From Octopus sinensis (taxonomy: Eukaryota), in NCBI RefSeq assembly GCF_006345805.1, contig NC_043005.1:29326001-29390000 (forward strand): 64,000 bases of DNA, written 5' to 3'. The translations under genes and the position numbers were made by a program. Of this stretch, positions 12,802 through 23,725 are shown piece by piece. The notes under the pieces were generated by a model that saw nothing but the letters and a program-made list of their open reading frames with translations, was not told the origin of the DNA and searched no databases. Numbering within the stretch: the first letter of the stretch is position 1; each line of letters begins with the position of its first letter.

Positions 12802-14095
12802 TAGGGTCATCCCATAAATAATGCAGTTTTTTCAATTGCATGAACTAAAAGTCGGAGGGGGATGGTATAAACTACCTGTATCAACTTGCTTATAAAAGCA
12901 GGTAGTAATATTGCCTTGTACTTATTCTTAGTGCAAGTTTTGAAGAGTGCTATTCAATTTTAACAGTTTTTTTTCAAAGCTATAATGGAAGTGACACAGG
13001 AGCATATTTGGCATATTTTGCTTTATGAGTTCAAGAAAGGCAACAAAACAATGGAAAGTGTGAAGAATATTAATGCAGTATATGGGGATCGGACAATAAG
13101 CGCAACCCAGTGTCAACAGTGCTTCCAGAAATTCCGAGCCGGAAACTACAGCCTAGAAGACAAACCTTGTCCTGGAAGATCTGTAGAGCTCGACGAGAAT
13201 GTTCTGCAAAACCCTGGTGGAACAAAATCCCATTATAGCAGTTGAGGAACTAGCAGAGAAGCTTGGATTTCGTCATTCAACCATTCATGGACACCTGCAT
13301 GCCATCGGAAAAGTCAGCAAATTCGGTCAATGGGTTTCTCACAGACTTTCCGAGTCTAATCGCGCGCAAAGAGTGTTTGTATGCTCTTCTTTGCTGTCAC
13401 GTCTCACGAATGAATCTTTTTTTGGACCGAATAGTGACTGGTGTCGAAAAATGGGCTCTCAATAAAAATGTCAAGTGCTGAAGACAGTAGGTAGGAAAAG
13501 GAGTAACATCGGTACCTCAGGCTAAAGAAGGTTGTTCACCCGCGTAAGGTACTTTTTTCTGTTGGGTAGGTTATGAAAGGTTTAGTCCACTCTGAACTTT
13601 TAAACTAAAACCAAACGATAAGAAAGGAGATCTACTGCGACCAGTTTGAGCGGCTCAAGACAGCATCACTAGAAAAAAAAATGACCATCTTTGATTTCAA
13701 GACGAAAGGTGTTCTTCCAACAGGATAATGCTCGGCCATATACTGCAAGGATGACATTCGAAAGACTGGAGCAGTTTGAATAGGAGGCAATGCCCCACCC
13801 ACCACATTCACCAGACATTGCCCCATTTCATTATCATTTATTCCACAATCTTCAAAATCATTTAGACAGAAAAAATATGAATTCCATAGACAAGGTCAGA
13901 ACAGTACTGGAGGCGTGTTTTTCATCATGGACAAATGAATTATGGAAGAGGGGCCTTGCAAGTCTACCAGATAGACGGAAAAGCTTTGTAGAAAATGAAG
14001 GAGAGTATAGTTTAGATTAAAAAAGAAGTTTATCTTAATTTTGAGAAATAAAAGAAGTATAAAAAGAACCGCATTATCTATGGGATGATTCAGTA
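12802..14095 (+). mobile_element. Second mariner (different subfamily), full length but heavily decayed
   Basis: TIRs TAGGGTCATCCCATAAATAATGC / GCATTATCTATGGGATGATTCAGTA. Broken transposase at 12985-14020 with GQWVSHRL, RIVTGVEKW and HPPHSPDIAPFHYHLF. Confidence 0.9.
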
Positions 14096-14156
14096 TATAT
14101 ATTTGTGTATGTATGTATGTATGTATGTATGTATGTATGTATGTATGTATGTATGT

Positions 14157-14188
<32 letters not shown>

Positions 14189-14574
14189 CATACATATATA
14201 TATCTACACTTAAATATGAACATTATATGTGTGTATATGCTTTTATGTATGCATACAGTTTGCATATACTCCGCGTAATTCTTGAATTCTTTCACGGTCT
14301 AGCTAGCATCATCAGTGGACAATATTTTGTTAACCCAATATGACAAGAATTTACCCCTAAACTTCGAGAATGAATTTTCTATGAAATTGATATTTTATTT
14401 CTTGAAATTGTCTCCCTTTCCTTTGAGAGATGCCAACAATTACAGTTAGGTTTTTGTTTTCTTACTCCACCAAATAAAAGCGCCTCAATTCACTTCGATT
14501 CTTTCTGTATAAGCCACTCAGTGCATCATCACATAAATGAATTATCTGCATGCGTGTATGGTGTATACGTGTGT

Positions 14575-14765
14575 ACGCCGGGCGGATTGTTTAGCGATAT
14601 TTCGTCTGTCTTTACGTTCTGAGTTCAAATCAATCGAGGTCGACTTTGCCTTTCACCCTTTCGGGGTAGATAAATTAAGTACCAGTTCCGTACTAGGGTC
14701 GATCTTATTGACTGTCCCCCTCCTCAAAAATTTCGGGCCTTGTGCCGAGAGTAGAAAATATTATT
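14575..14765 (+). mobile_element. tRNA-derived SINE family B
   Basis: GAGTTCAAAT B-box followed by GAGGTCGACTTTGCCTTTCA…GATAAATTAAGTACCAG, shared with ~12 other copies. Confidence 0.85.
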
Positions 14766-14800
14766 GAAAAATAAATAATAACAATAATAGTAGTAATACC

Positions 14801-14860
<60 letters not shown>

Positions 14861-14861
<1 letters not shown>

Positions 14862-15200
14862 GATCATGCCCAGCTGACAACAAGGTGTGTGATAAGGAAG
14901 AAACAAAAGTCGACAGATATGACAGGTTAGCTTGGGAGGTTAAACAGTTGTGGTCGATGAAAAAGGTGGTAGTAGTACCAATAATTGTCGGAGCCCTGGG
15001 AACAGTGAGTAAAAATCTTGAAGTACATTGAACAAATAGGGGCTGCAATAAGATTGGAGCACTTGCAGAAAACAGCACTGCTTGGAACCTGGAATACTCT
15101 GGATGGTGCTCGAAAGATAAGGAGTGTTACCTTAGTTCACTGGTAGTGAACAGCTGGCATCGTAGTACACCTGCAAAGACCATAAATAATAATAATAATT
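14861..15200 (+). mobile_element. 5'-truncated R4/Dong-type LINE, C-terminus of REL endonuclease plus 3' UTR, in (AAT)n
   Basis: CPADNKVCDKEETKVDRYDRLAWEVKQLWSMKKVVVVPIIVGALGTVSKNL is homologous to the C-terminus of the 59396 ORF. (AAT)n on both sides. Confidence 0.8.
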
Positions 15201-15439
15201 AATCCGGTTAATGGCTACAAGAGTTCACATAAATTACATTAAAAGACATACAAGAACATAAAAAACAAGATAAATGTCAGAGTACGCTTATGAGCGAACA
15301 GCGTGCGTGAAGAAGGTTCATTGAAGGTAATGTACTGTTGACATCAATCACGGAAATGAAGCAAAATATCAATGAAATGCTTGTAGGAAGTCTGATTTCT
15401 AACGGTTACAGTTTGGCGCAGATGTGAAGATAGCAGTAG

Positions 15440-15660
15440 AGGAGTAACTACTGTAGGGTTGCTTTTTAGACCACATTTTGGGTTTTTCCTTTTGGAGCAT
15501 AGATGAATAAGTTGTCTGGATGTCCAACTCTGGGACAATCGACGTAGAGCTATCCATGTGAAAAGCATGACGTTCGCAGATTCAATCCGACAATTTTGTG
15601 CTTTGTTAATTGTCATAGCGAAGCTGAGTTTGACAGGTAACTGAAATCTCCGCATTTGGT
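15440..15660 (-). pseudogene. Helitron RepHel (PIF1-like helicase) C-terminal remnant
   Basis: RRFQLPVKLSFAMTINKAQ is the conserved PIF1/Helitron helicase motif. Downstream sequence is frameshifted. Confidence 0.75.
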
Positions 15661-16840
15661 AGGGGCAGTCTGTTGGGGTCAGTGGAATTTTCAGAAAAAA
15701 AAAACGATATTGTTTAATTTGATTTCAGTGACGTTGTCCATCATTTTGTTTGACCGCAAAGCAAGTTCCATTGCGTAGTGTGGGCGCGTTTAGATTGCAT
15801 AGTTGAATAACAGGGCAACCGACTTTTAAGGAAGATCATGCGGGGGGAGTCCTGGAATTCTGTTGGAAGTGTGTAACCTGATCGAGGTCGGTAATGGTGT
15901 CAGCTGACCTGTAACAACGCCTTTGAAAAGGTAGCTTACTGAATAAGTCGTTAAGAGTGGTGACAGCTGCATTTGTAGGTGCAAGAACAGCCCTGTGCTA
16001 ACGTGCAAATATCGGCAGTCTGCAGTGAACGGGCATTGTAAAAACTGTATAACTGTCACAACTTTGTATGAGTAAAAGCAGAGAATATAATATATGGATT
16101 AATTTCTGAAGGCATTTAAAAAAATAATTAAAACTTGATTTAAATTGCATGGCTACCTCAAGGAAGTGCTAATGTGCAAATATCAGCGGTTTACAGTGAA
16201 TGGGCATTGCAAAAGCTGTAGTAGAAAACGAAGAGAAAGTAGCATAACTACGTCATTAAGAGTAATGTCCCTTGAAGTAACGATCGTTGGTATTTGTTAT
16301 TTACCTATGAAAAGGTGTTTTCGTCCCCTAGGGGCGGCGTTACTAATTATGTGGAAAATTTGAAGAGTGTATGACCATCTCTAGAACATAAGTGATGTAC
16401 GTTCCCAGCATGAACGAAATCAGATGAGAAATACTGATTTTAAGGGGATCAAGAGAAAGGCCTATACACACACACGCGCGCGCGCGCGCACAAACACACA
16501 ATATATACATATATGTGTGTGTGTGTGTGTGTGTGTTTCTGTGCATGTATATAAGTGTACTTCCGTGTGCGTGTGTGTATGTGTATGTGTGCGTATATGC
16601 ATGAAGATATATACCTGCCAATATCGGCTCACTTTCTCTTTCGCTCTCTTTCTCTCTTCAGGCACACGCATACACACGCACTCACATGCACACACAAACA
16701 CACACAGTCGCTGTTTCCTGAAACGCTCTCTATTCTCTTGGATTATATCACGTTCTGTCTACTTCTATTCCCAGTTGTATTTTTGTTGTCTGTTTTTGTT
16801 ACTTCTTTACATAAGGGTTCTTCATACACCTCTCTTCATA

Positions 16841-16880
<40 letters not shown>

Positions 16881-17237
16881 AAAATTTATCTTAGTCTATT
16901 CTCTTCTGGCGGGGTGGGGTTCTTCCTCTCAAACTCCTTACTTCATTTCCTACATATATTTCAGCTTAAATGTAAATCCATTCCAAAATTAAATTGCACT
17001 TCCTTTTTGAAGCTCCGATGAAGCTACAGGGTGATACACAAGCACTCAACTAAGATTGCATTGCATATTATAACAGAAATAACTGCAAGCTGATGAAGTT
17101 CAGAATATAATTTCTTATTCCCTTTGTCATTTCAATTTCTTATTACTGTTCTCTACTCGATGCTTTGTTAAAGTGCACACCGAGTTCGAACACCAGGTTT
17201 TAAGTATTGCCTTGCCTAAGTAAAATCGTATTATATA

Positions 17238-17268
<31 letters not shown>

Positions 17269-17297
17269 ATATATTATATATATATATATATATATAC

Positions 17298-17613
17298 TAT
17301 TGAACTTTGGGAGGGACATTATGCCGGTCATAATAAACATACTCATAGACTCGTTTATTACTATTTTTTTGTTATTTTAACGCCTGTCCATTGTCCGGAA
17401 ATCTTTCGTCACACATCTGTGACCTCTTCAGCGACACTTTTCGTTTCCGTATGTGTTCTTGCTCCACTTACTCCATTCTGGTCTTCTAAGATGAGTATCC
17501 TTATTTGCGCATGCGTTTGTGTGTGTGTAATAAATGAGTGAAGAAACAATTACAGTTCGAGTGTTTATTTGGCAAGAAAGAAAAGATAATAAATAAAATG
17601 ACCATCCCGAAAT

Positions 17614-17615
<2 letters not shown>
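17298..17615 (-). mobile_element. Short PLE-terminus-like insertion between two (TA)n tracts
   Basis: Contains the hammerhead-like motif at 17392-17436 and is bounded on both sides by TA microsatellite. Confidence 0.5.
17392..17436 (-). ncRNA. Degenerate minimal type-I hammerhead ribozyme motif
   Basis: TGTCG-CTGAAGA-G-GTCAC(AGATGT)GTGAC-GAAA-GATTTC-CGGACA. One C>T and one G insertion from a clean fold with palindromic stem III (AGAUCU) and 5-bp stem I. Confidence 0.55.
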
Positions 17616-17616
<1 letters not shown>

Positions 17617-17671
<55 letters not shown>

Positions 17672-17969
17672 ATAATATATATACATATACATATATACAA
17701 TATATATATATATGTGTGTGTGTGTGTGTTTGTGTGTGTGAGTGTGTGCAAAGATATATATAAATATGTATATATATATATGTGTAAATATATATATACA
17801 CATATGTAAGTATATATATATATGTGTGTGTATCTATATATGTGTATATATATATATATGAGTGTATATATATGTGTATATATATGTGTGTGTGTGTGTC
17901 TGTATATATATATATATATATATATAAACATACATACATACATACATATATATATATATGTATATAAAT

Positions 17970-18047
<78 letters not shown>

Positions 18048-18065
18048 TACGTATGTATGTTTGTA
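17617..18065. repeat. Compound (TA)n/(TG)n/(CATA)n microsatellite
   Basis: Direct reading. Confidence 0.97.
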
Positions 18066-19199
18066 TGGGTACACGTACGTATTTGGTCGGTGTGAAATTA
18101 TTTTATAGTTTTAAAATTAAAACAAGAACCTGATGAAGGGAAGAAGTTGGAGGAAAGCTGATGAGTGAGAAAGGAAGGGAGATGTAAGTGAGTGTGTCTT
18201 ATGGATATAAACAGAACCATATTTTCTTCATCTCATCCATGACTGCCTTCACATTACTTAAATATTGGCGCAGTGGAGCAAACTTCCAGAATCTAAATTC
18301 ATGATCCTACAACACAACTAGCGCCTGCCTTGACGAGTCTATTTTCCCTCTCAACGCAGAATACACATTCCCCGAATTGATAGTGTTTTTATTTAAAGAA
18401 ATATCATTGTTTTTGGTGTTTGGCAGAGTGTAGGTTGGTATACAGTTATCAAATTGCACAGCCAAAGGGAAGAGGAGATAATTTCCTTGGTTTGCAAATT
18501 GGGAACTTGAACGAGCTCAGCGTGTTACTGAACTCGGGTCAATTATGTGGCGAGACATAATGACGTAAGAATTGAATAAGAAAGGTCAATGACGAACAAG
18601 ATGTCTGCAGTATGGGAGGCAAATCTATGGAATCACCTCAAAAATACCCTTTTTAGAGCATACTGACAAACGGATCTAAATGCTGTATATTTATGAATGT
18701 AAGAGAAAACAGACTAAATGGAACTTATATCAAAATGTTAAGAGCGTGTCTCGGGAGCAACATCTACGGATAGATTATTTTATGAACATGGACTTGAGTT
18801 AGTAGACCAGTGTTGGTGAAGAAAATATTAAATTGTACGTCAGCTATTACTATGGGAACCAGCGTATGATAAAAGAAGAAGAGGCAATCCCTTTTGGAAA
18901 TAAATGTACAACAGTTGCTGTAGGATATAAACTTTGAAAAAATTGTGTTGCTGAGCCGATGGAGGACAGAATAAGATGGAGGAGACAAGTTCATGAGACA
19001 AGACAGCCACCAGAGTGAAGTAGAGTTCCTTACCCAATTTAGGTCCTTTATCTGCAAATAACTAACTTGGTGAGCAGCGATACGTAACTGCACCCAGATT
19101 ACAGATGTTTCTGAATAGGGACTATGGTGAGGTACAGTTCCTTTCCTATGCTGTCGAGGAATGTATACACTGTCGTTTATATATGTATATTGCAACGTT

Positions 19200-20932
19200 G
19201 GTAGACTCAACAGGCGTATCGATTGAGAACCCTTATCAACAGAGTCAATTATTTGCCGAGGCTTTTTCAACTATTTTCAAACAAGATGATGGTCGTGAAC
19301 CCCCTCCATTTGATAGATCGGTACCTCCAATGCTTCGATTGGTCATCACGCGGGACGAAGTCAAACGTGTTATTCAAGGCCTCGATGTCAACAAGGATCA
19401 CGGCCCTGACGGCATACACCCACGGGTTATCAAAGCGTTGGCTCCGGTCATCTGCGACCCCTTAACACGACTATTCAATATGTCATTGGCGACGGGTGTT
19501 ATACCTGCAGACTGGAGAACAGCGATAATCTGCACAATTTTCAAGAAAGGGAGCCGCGAAGACCCGCTTAACTACCGACCGGTTTCCCTTACATCAATAA
19601 TCAGCAAGATGTTCGAAACCATCCTTAAGAAAAGTATGATGCTCCACCTCCTAAACACAGCCTCGATCACTGATTCCCAACACGGCTTCGTGCCGAAGAG
19701 ATCATGCTTGACCAACTTACTAGTAATGGAAGAATTGGTGACGCGCATCCTCGATAATAGTGATGCTGTTGACATCGTTTTATTGGACTTTGCCAAAGCT
19801 TTTGACTCGGTAAACCACCGCCTACTACTTGTCAAGCTTCAAGCATATAGTTTCCATCCGGATATTGTACGATGGGTTGGTGCCTTCCTCTCAGATCGCT
19901 CCTTCCAAGTTCAAGTTAATGGTTCGCGGTCCGACGTCTCCAGTGCGAGCAGTGGGTGCCTCAAGGTTCAGTGCTTGGGCCCTTGTTGTTCTTAGTCTTC
20001 ATAAATGACTTGCCCGACGACCTCACGCAACACATCCTTCTATTTGCCGACGATATCAAACTGGTCGCTCCTCGCGGTAGTATAGAGGATCTTCGTCGAT
20101 GCCTCCACCAAATTTGGAAGTGGTCTAACGAATAGGACCTGTGTCTGAACGTGTCAAAGTGCTGTCATCAGCCTGTCGGCTCTACTCCTGCAACTCAACT
20201 TGATTTCGAGCCGGGTCGTCTGCTGCTGGAGAGGACCGATCAGGTAAAGGACCTGGGTATCTTGGTGGATTCCTCCTTTTCGCCTTCGGCCCAGTGCGTC
20301 CATGCTGCCAACAAAGCACGCGGAATTCTGTTTTTGATTCGACGGTCATTCGGAATGCTCACAGCAGCCATATTCCTACCACTCTATGTCACGCTGGTGA
20401 GACCCATATTGGAGTATGGGATTCAAGCCTCTTCTCCTTATCTCCTCAAAGACATACAGCATCTCGAAAGAGTCCAGAGGCTGGCTACCCGCATGGTTCA
20501 TGGTCTCAAAAATTTGTCCTACGAAGAAAGGCTGAGGACGCTCGACCTTTATTCTCTTGAAAAACGCCGCCGCCGTGGTGATCTCATTCTCGCCCACAAC
20601 ATCATAAGCGGGAAGTGTAACCTCTCGAAAGAGCTGTTCTTCACTCCTGCTCCGGAGCGTCGGCTGCAAGGTCATTCCGAAAAGCTCTACCTGCGACGAT
20701 TTCATCTCAATCGAAGGAGAGGAGCTTTCTCCGTCCGGGTTGCGGATCCGTGGAACAAGCTGCCAGACGAGATGGTGAAGATGCCGACGACCGCTTTGTT
20801 CAAAGCCTCCCTGGACCTCAAGTGGCCTGAACTCTTTACATGAACACCACCCTGTACTTAACTCCATGTCCCCCTACATGGCCTTGCTATTTGCTTTTGA
20901 GCCAAATTAACTAACTAACTAACTAACTAACA
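19200..20932 (+). mobile_element. 5'-truncated CR1-group LINE (RT domain plus 3' end) with (AACT)n tail
   Basis: NYRPVSLTS, QHGF, DFAKAFDSV, then after a frameshift near 19960 VPQGSVLGPLLF and FADDIKL. Nonsense codon at ~20133, C-terminal RRRGDLI…FSVRV..WNKLP, tail TAACTAACTAACT. Confidence 0.92.
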
Positions 20933-20935
20933 TAT

Positions 20936-21015
<80 letters not shown>

Positions 21016-21042
21016 TACACATATATACATATGTATATATAG

Positions 21043-21450
21043 GCGTAGGAGTGGCTGTGTGGTAAGTAGCTTCCTTACGAACCACATGGTTCCGGGTTCA
21101 GTCCCATTGCGTGGCACCTTGGTCAAGTGTCTTCTGCTATAGCCTCGGGCCGACCAAAGCCTTGTAAGTGGATTTGGAAGACGGAAACTGAAAGTAGCCC
21201 GTCGTATATTTACATATATGTATATGTTTGCCTGTGTGTATTTGTGTGTCCGTGTTTGTCCCACCAACATCGCTTGACAACCGATGGTGGTGTGTTTACG
21301 TCCCCGTGATTTAGCGGTTCGGCAAAAGAGAACGATAGAATAAGTACTAGGCTTACAAAGAATAAGTCCTAGGGTCGATTTGGTCGACTAAAGGCGGTGC
21401 TCCAGCATGGCCACAGTCAAATGATTAAAACAAGTAAAAGAGTAAAGAGT
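21043..21450 (+). mobile_element. SINE family A, full copy
   Basis: Head GGAGTGGCTGTGTGGTAAG…GGTTCAGTCCC, internal TA/TG tract, tail ending AAACAAGTAAAAGAG. Confidence 0.9.
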
Positions 21451-21701
21451 ATACATACATATGTATATATAATATACATATATATGTATATATACATACA
21501 TATATATATATACATATATACACATAAGGAATCCACTTTGCGTGAAATTCAACACACTAGAAAGAACAGCTAGGTTCGGTAAACCACAAAAATAACGGAT
21601 AAAATTCAACAGGAATAAATTTGGAAATGAAAAACATTTACCATCTAGCACTCCGGACCAATTGGTTTCTGATCTTCTTTTAGCAAGTCAGGGGGAACAA
21701 G

Positions 21702-21935
21702 CAAGTGTGGCGTCCTATACAGGACAGTGCCACCGGCGTTTATAGTAACAGGAAGACATCTCTTCTCGCTTACGAACGACACACATTCTGTGTCCGATTA
21801 GGATTTGTGATAATCTCCCCTCGCAAATACTAATCGGACAGAGGAGGGCACCACCAGTCGTTAGCCAGTTGGAATAGATGTTTTCCTGGGGCTATAAACA
21901 TCAGTAGCACTATCCTGTATAGGATGCCACACTTG
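21702..21935. mobile_element. Palindromic MITE-like element
   Basis: CAAGTGTGGCGTCCTATACAGGACAGTGC… is matched by …GCACTATCCTGTATAGGATGCCACACTTG. The inner TGTCCGATTAG.ATTTG / CAAATACTAATCGGACA also pairs. Confidence 0.8.
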
Positions 21936-21967
21936 GTTGGCAATTATACCTGTATATTATATATATA

Positions 21968-22408
21968 TATATATATATTAGAAGAAATGAGGTAATCAGA
22001 AGATCGGATGGTTTATATTTACAGATATTTATTTATATATTACATTTTTTACATATATATCATATTTAGATTATTAGCGCTTTCTCCCATTCTAGTGGGG
22101 TTTTCAAATCAAAATAATTCCTTTGTGGGGAATTTTAATAATTTTATAGAGTTTCGTAGTGGTGGGGAGGAACAAGACAGCACTTCACCCTCTTGTGCTG
22201 TCTTGTTCCTCCCCACCACTACGAAACTCTATAAAATTATTAAAATTCCCCACAAAGGAATTATTTTGATTTGAAAACCCCACTAGAATGGGAGAAAGCG
22301 CTAATGATCTAAATATGATATATATGTAAAAAATGTAATATATAAATAAATATCTGTAAATATAAACCATCCGATCTTCTGATTACGTCATTTTTTCTAA
22401 TATATAAT
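21968..22408. repeat. Near-perfect ~215-bp inverted repeat with 11-nt loop (22184-22194); each arm carries a hammerhead-like motif
   Basis: The arms are reverse complements with only a few differences, which is why the track shows twin ORFs at 22008+ and 22185-. Motif TTGAAAA-C-CCCA(CTAGAA)TGGG-A-GAAA-GCGCT-A at 22271-22303 (+) and ~22075-22107 (-). Confidence 0.92.
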
Positions 22409-22514
22409 ACCTGTACATCATCTCCAAACCTTCCAATATATATATATATATATATATATATGAAAAAACAAGTCAAAAATAGAAAATGCTAAGATAATTT
22501 TATAGTGAATCTTT

Positions 22515-22552
22515 CAGTACCGGTTTCGGTCATTTTGAGACCTTTTCAACTG
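22515..22552 (-). ncRNA. Minimal type-I hammerhead ribozyme motif (U3-A8 core variant) in the PLE 3' end
   Basis: CAG-TTGAAAA-GGTC(TCAAAAT)GACC-GAAA-CCG-GTA-CTG. Palindromic stem III ACCGGU, predicted cleavage after GUA between 22518 and 22517. Confidence 0.7.
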
Positions 22553-22894
22553 TAACGATTAAATAATTAAATTTAGAAAAATTAGAAGAAAAGTTTTTTT
22601 AAAAGAATATTTCTGTAGTAGTGTTCAGATATAAGTAGCATTCTGCCTTTCTCTGACTCCCTTGTTTGCACTTGTGTGTTCGAGGTCGTTTTGAGTTCTT
22701 GGTAGGATAGGTGAAGAATAAGGAGGCTGATGTGGAGAGGGGGTGGGGAAATCTGGGAATGCCTTAATGGTCGTATTTTGAATGGTCAGTGGCTGACAGT
22801 AGTCGCAGTTCAATTCAGGAATTGTTTATGGAATTCGCGTAGGCGTTATACTGAAAGACATTAGTGACAAGGTTAAGGGGTGGAAGGTGGAGAA

Positions 22895-23085
22895 GTAGAA
22901 GAAGAAGAAGATGACGGTGTTGATGATGATGATGATGAAGAAGAAGAAGAAGGAGAAGGAGAAGATGGTGGTGATGATGGTGGTGATGATGGTGGTGATG
23001 ATGGTGGTGATGATGATGACGACGATGATGATGATAATGATGATGATGAAGAAGAAGAGGAAGAAGAAGAAGAAAAAAACAGAGA
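22895..23085. repeat. (GAA)/(GAT)/(GGT)n trinucleotide tract inside the PLE 3' region
   Basis: Direct reading. Produces spurious poly-acidic ORFs. Confidence 0.95.
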
Positions 23086-23264
23086 AGGAGAATATGAATG
23101 GGTGAAAGTATAGCTGTGATGGGGCTGATTAGTAATGGATTCTATGGAGTGTAATATTTGTGTGTGTATATATTTCTTTTATTCTAAAGTTGAGGTATAT
23201 TAATTGTTTGTCGTAGACCCGTTAAAAAGTGGCTTGTATTTTGTAATAAAGAGATTTTCTTTAC

Positions 23265-23711
23265 TTATTCGTTGTCCCTAAATTGGTAGAGGGGGAAAAT
23301 CCTGAAGTTTGGTGTTTTTTTGTTGGCGCAAGTATCTATGTGTTGGCTAAAAGCTATTTTTCTGTTTTGGGGAATTTTTATCTGGGATCTGTGCAGGGCC
23401 ATTCGTTTACGCAAACCATTTTTTGTTTGGCCTATGTACTGCTCTTGACACCCGGAGCAGGTTAGTGAGTATATTAGGTTCTCCGAAGCACATGTGAAGT
23501 TGCTTTTCACTGTAAACCGTTGTCCCTGTTTGAAGGAGAACTCTGATCCCTCAATTAGATAGTCGCATATCCCGCAATTGGGTCTTCCACATTTTTTTAC
23601 TGTCGGCTTCTGTGTTGAAGAGTGAATTCGGGCTTGTGTTAGGAGACTTTTCATGGATCTAGGTTGTCTTTTGCTTTTTATGATCGTGTGTGTTTGGAGG
23701 ATTGTGTTCAT
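23265..23711 (-). pseudogene. PLE Cys-rich linker plus GIY-YIG endonuclease
   Basis: KKCGRPNCGIC linker, NLIYSLTCSGC…YIGQT…RKRMALH…FSQH. Separated from RT by a frameshift at ~23780. Confidence 0.9.
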
Positions 23712-23725
23712 TCTGTGGTCTTTTT

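Noticed and set aside
19105-19200. N-terminus of the 296-aa RT ORF in the track
   Set aside because: The first ~30 codons come from unrelated flanking sequence upstream of the LINE truncation point.
22880-23113. Acidic 77-aa ORF resembling a nucleolin/prothymosin-like tract
   Set aside because: Trinucleotide repeat inside the PLE 3' region, antisense to the element.
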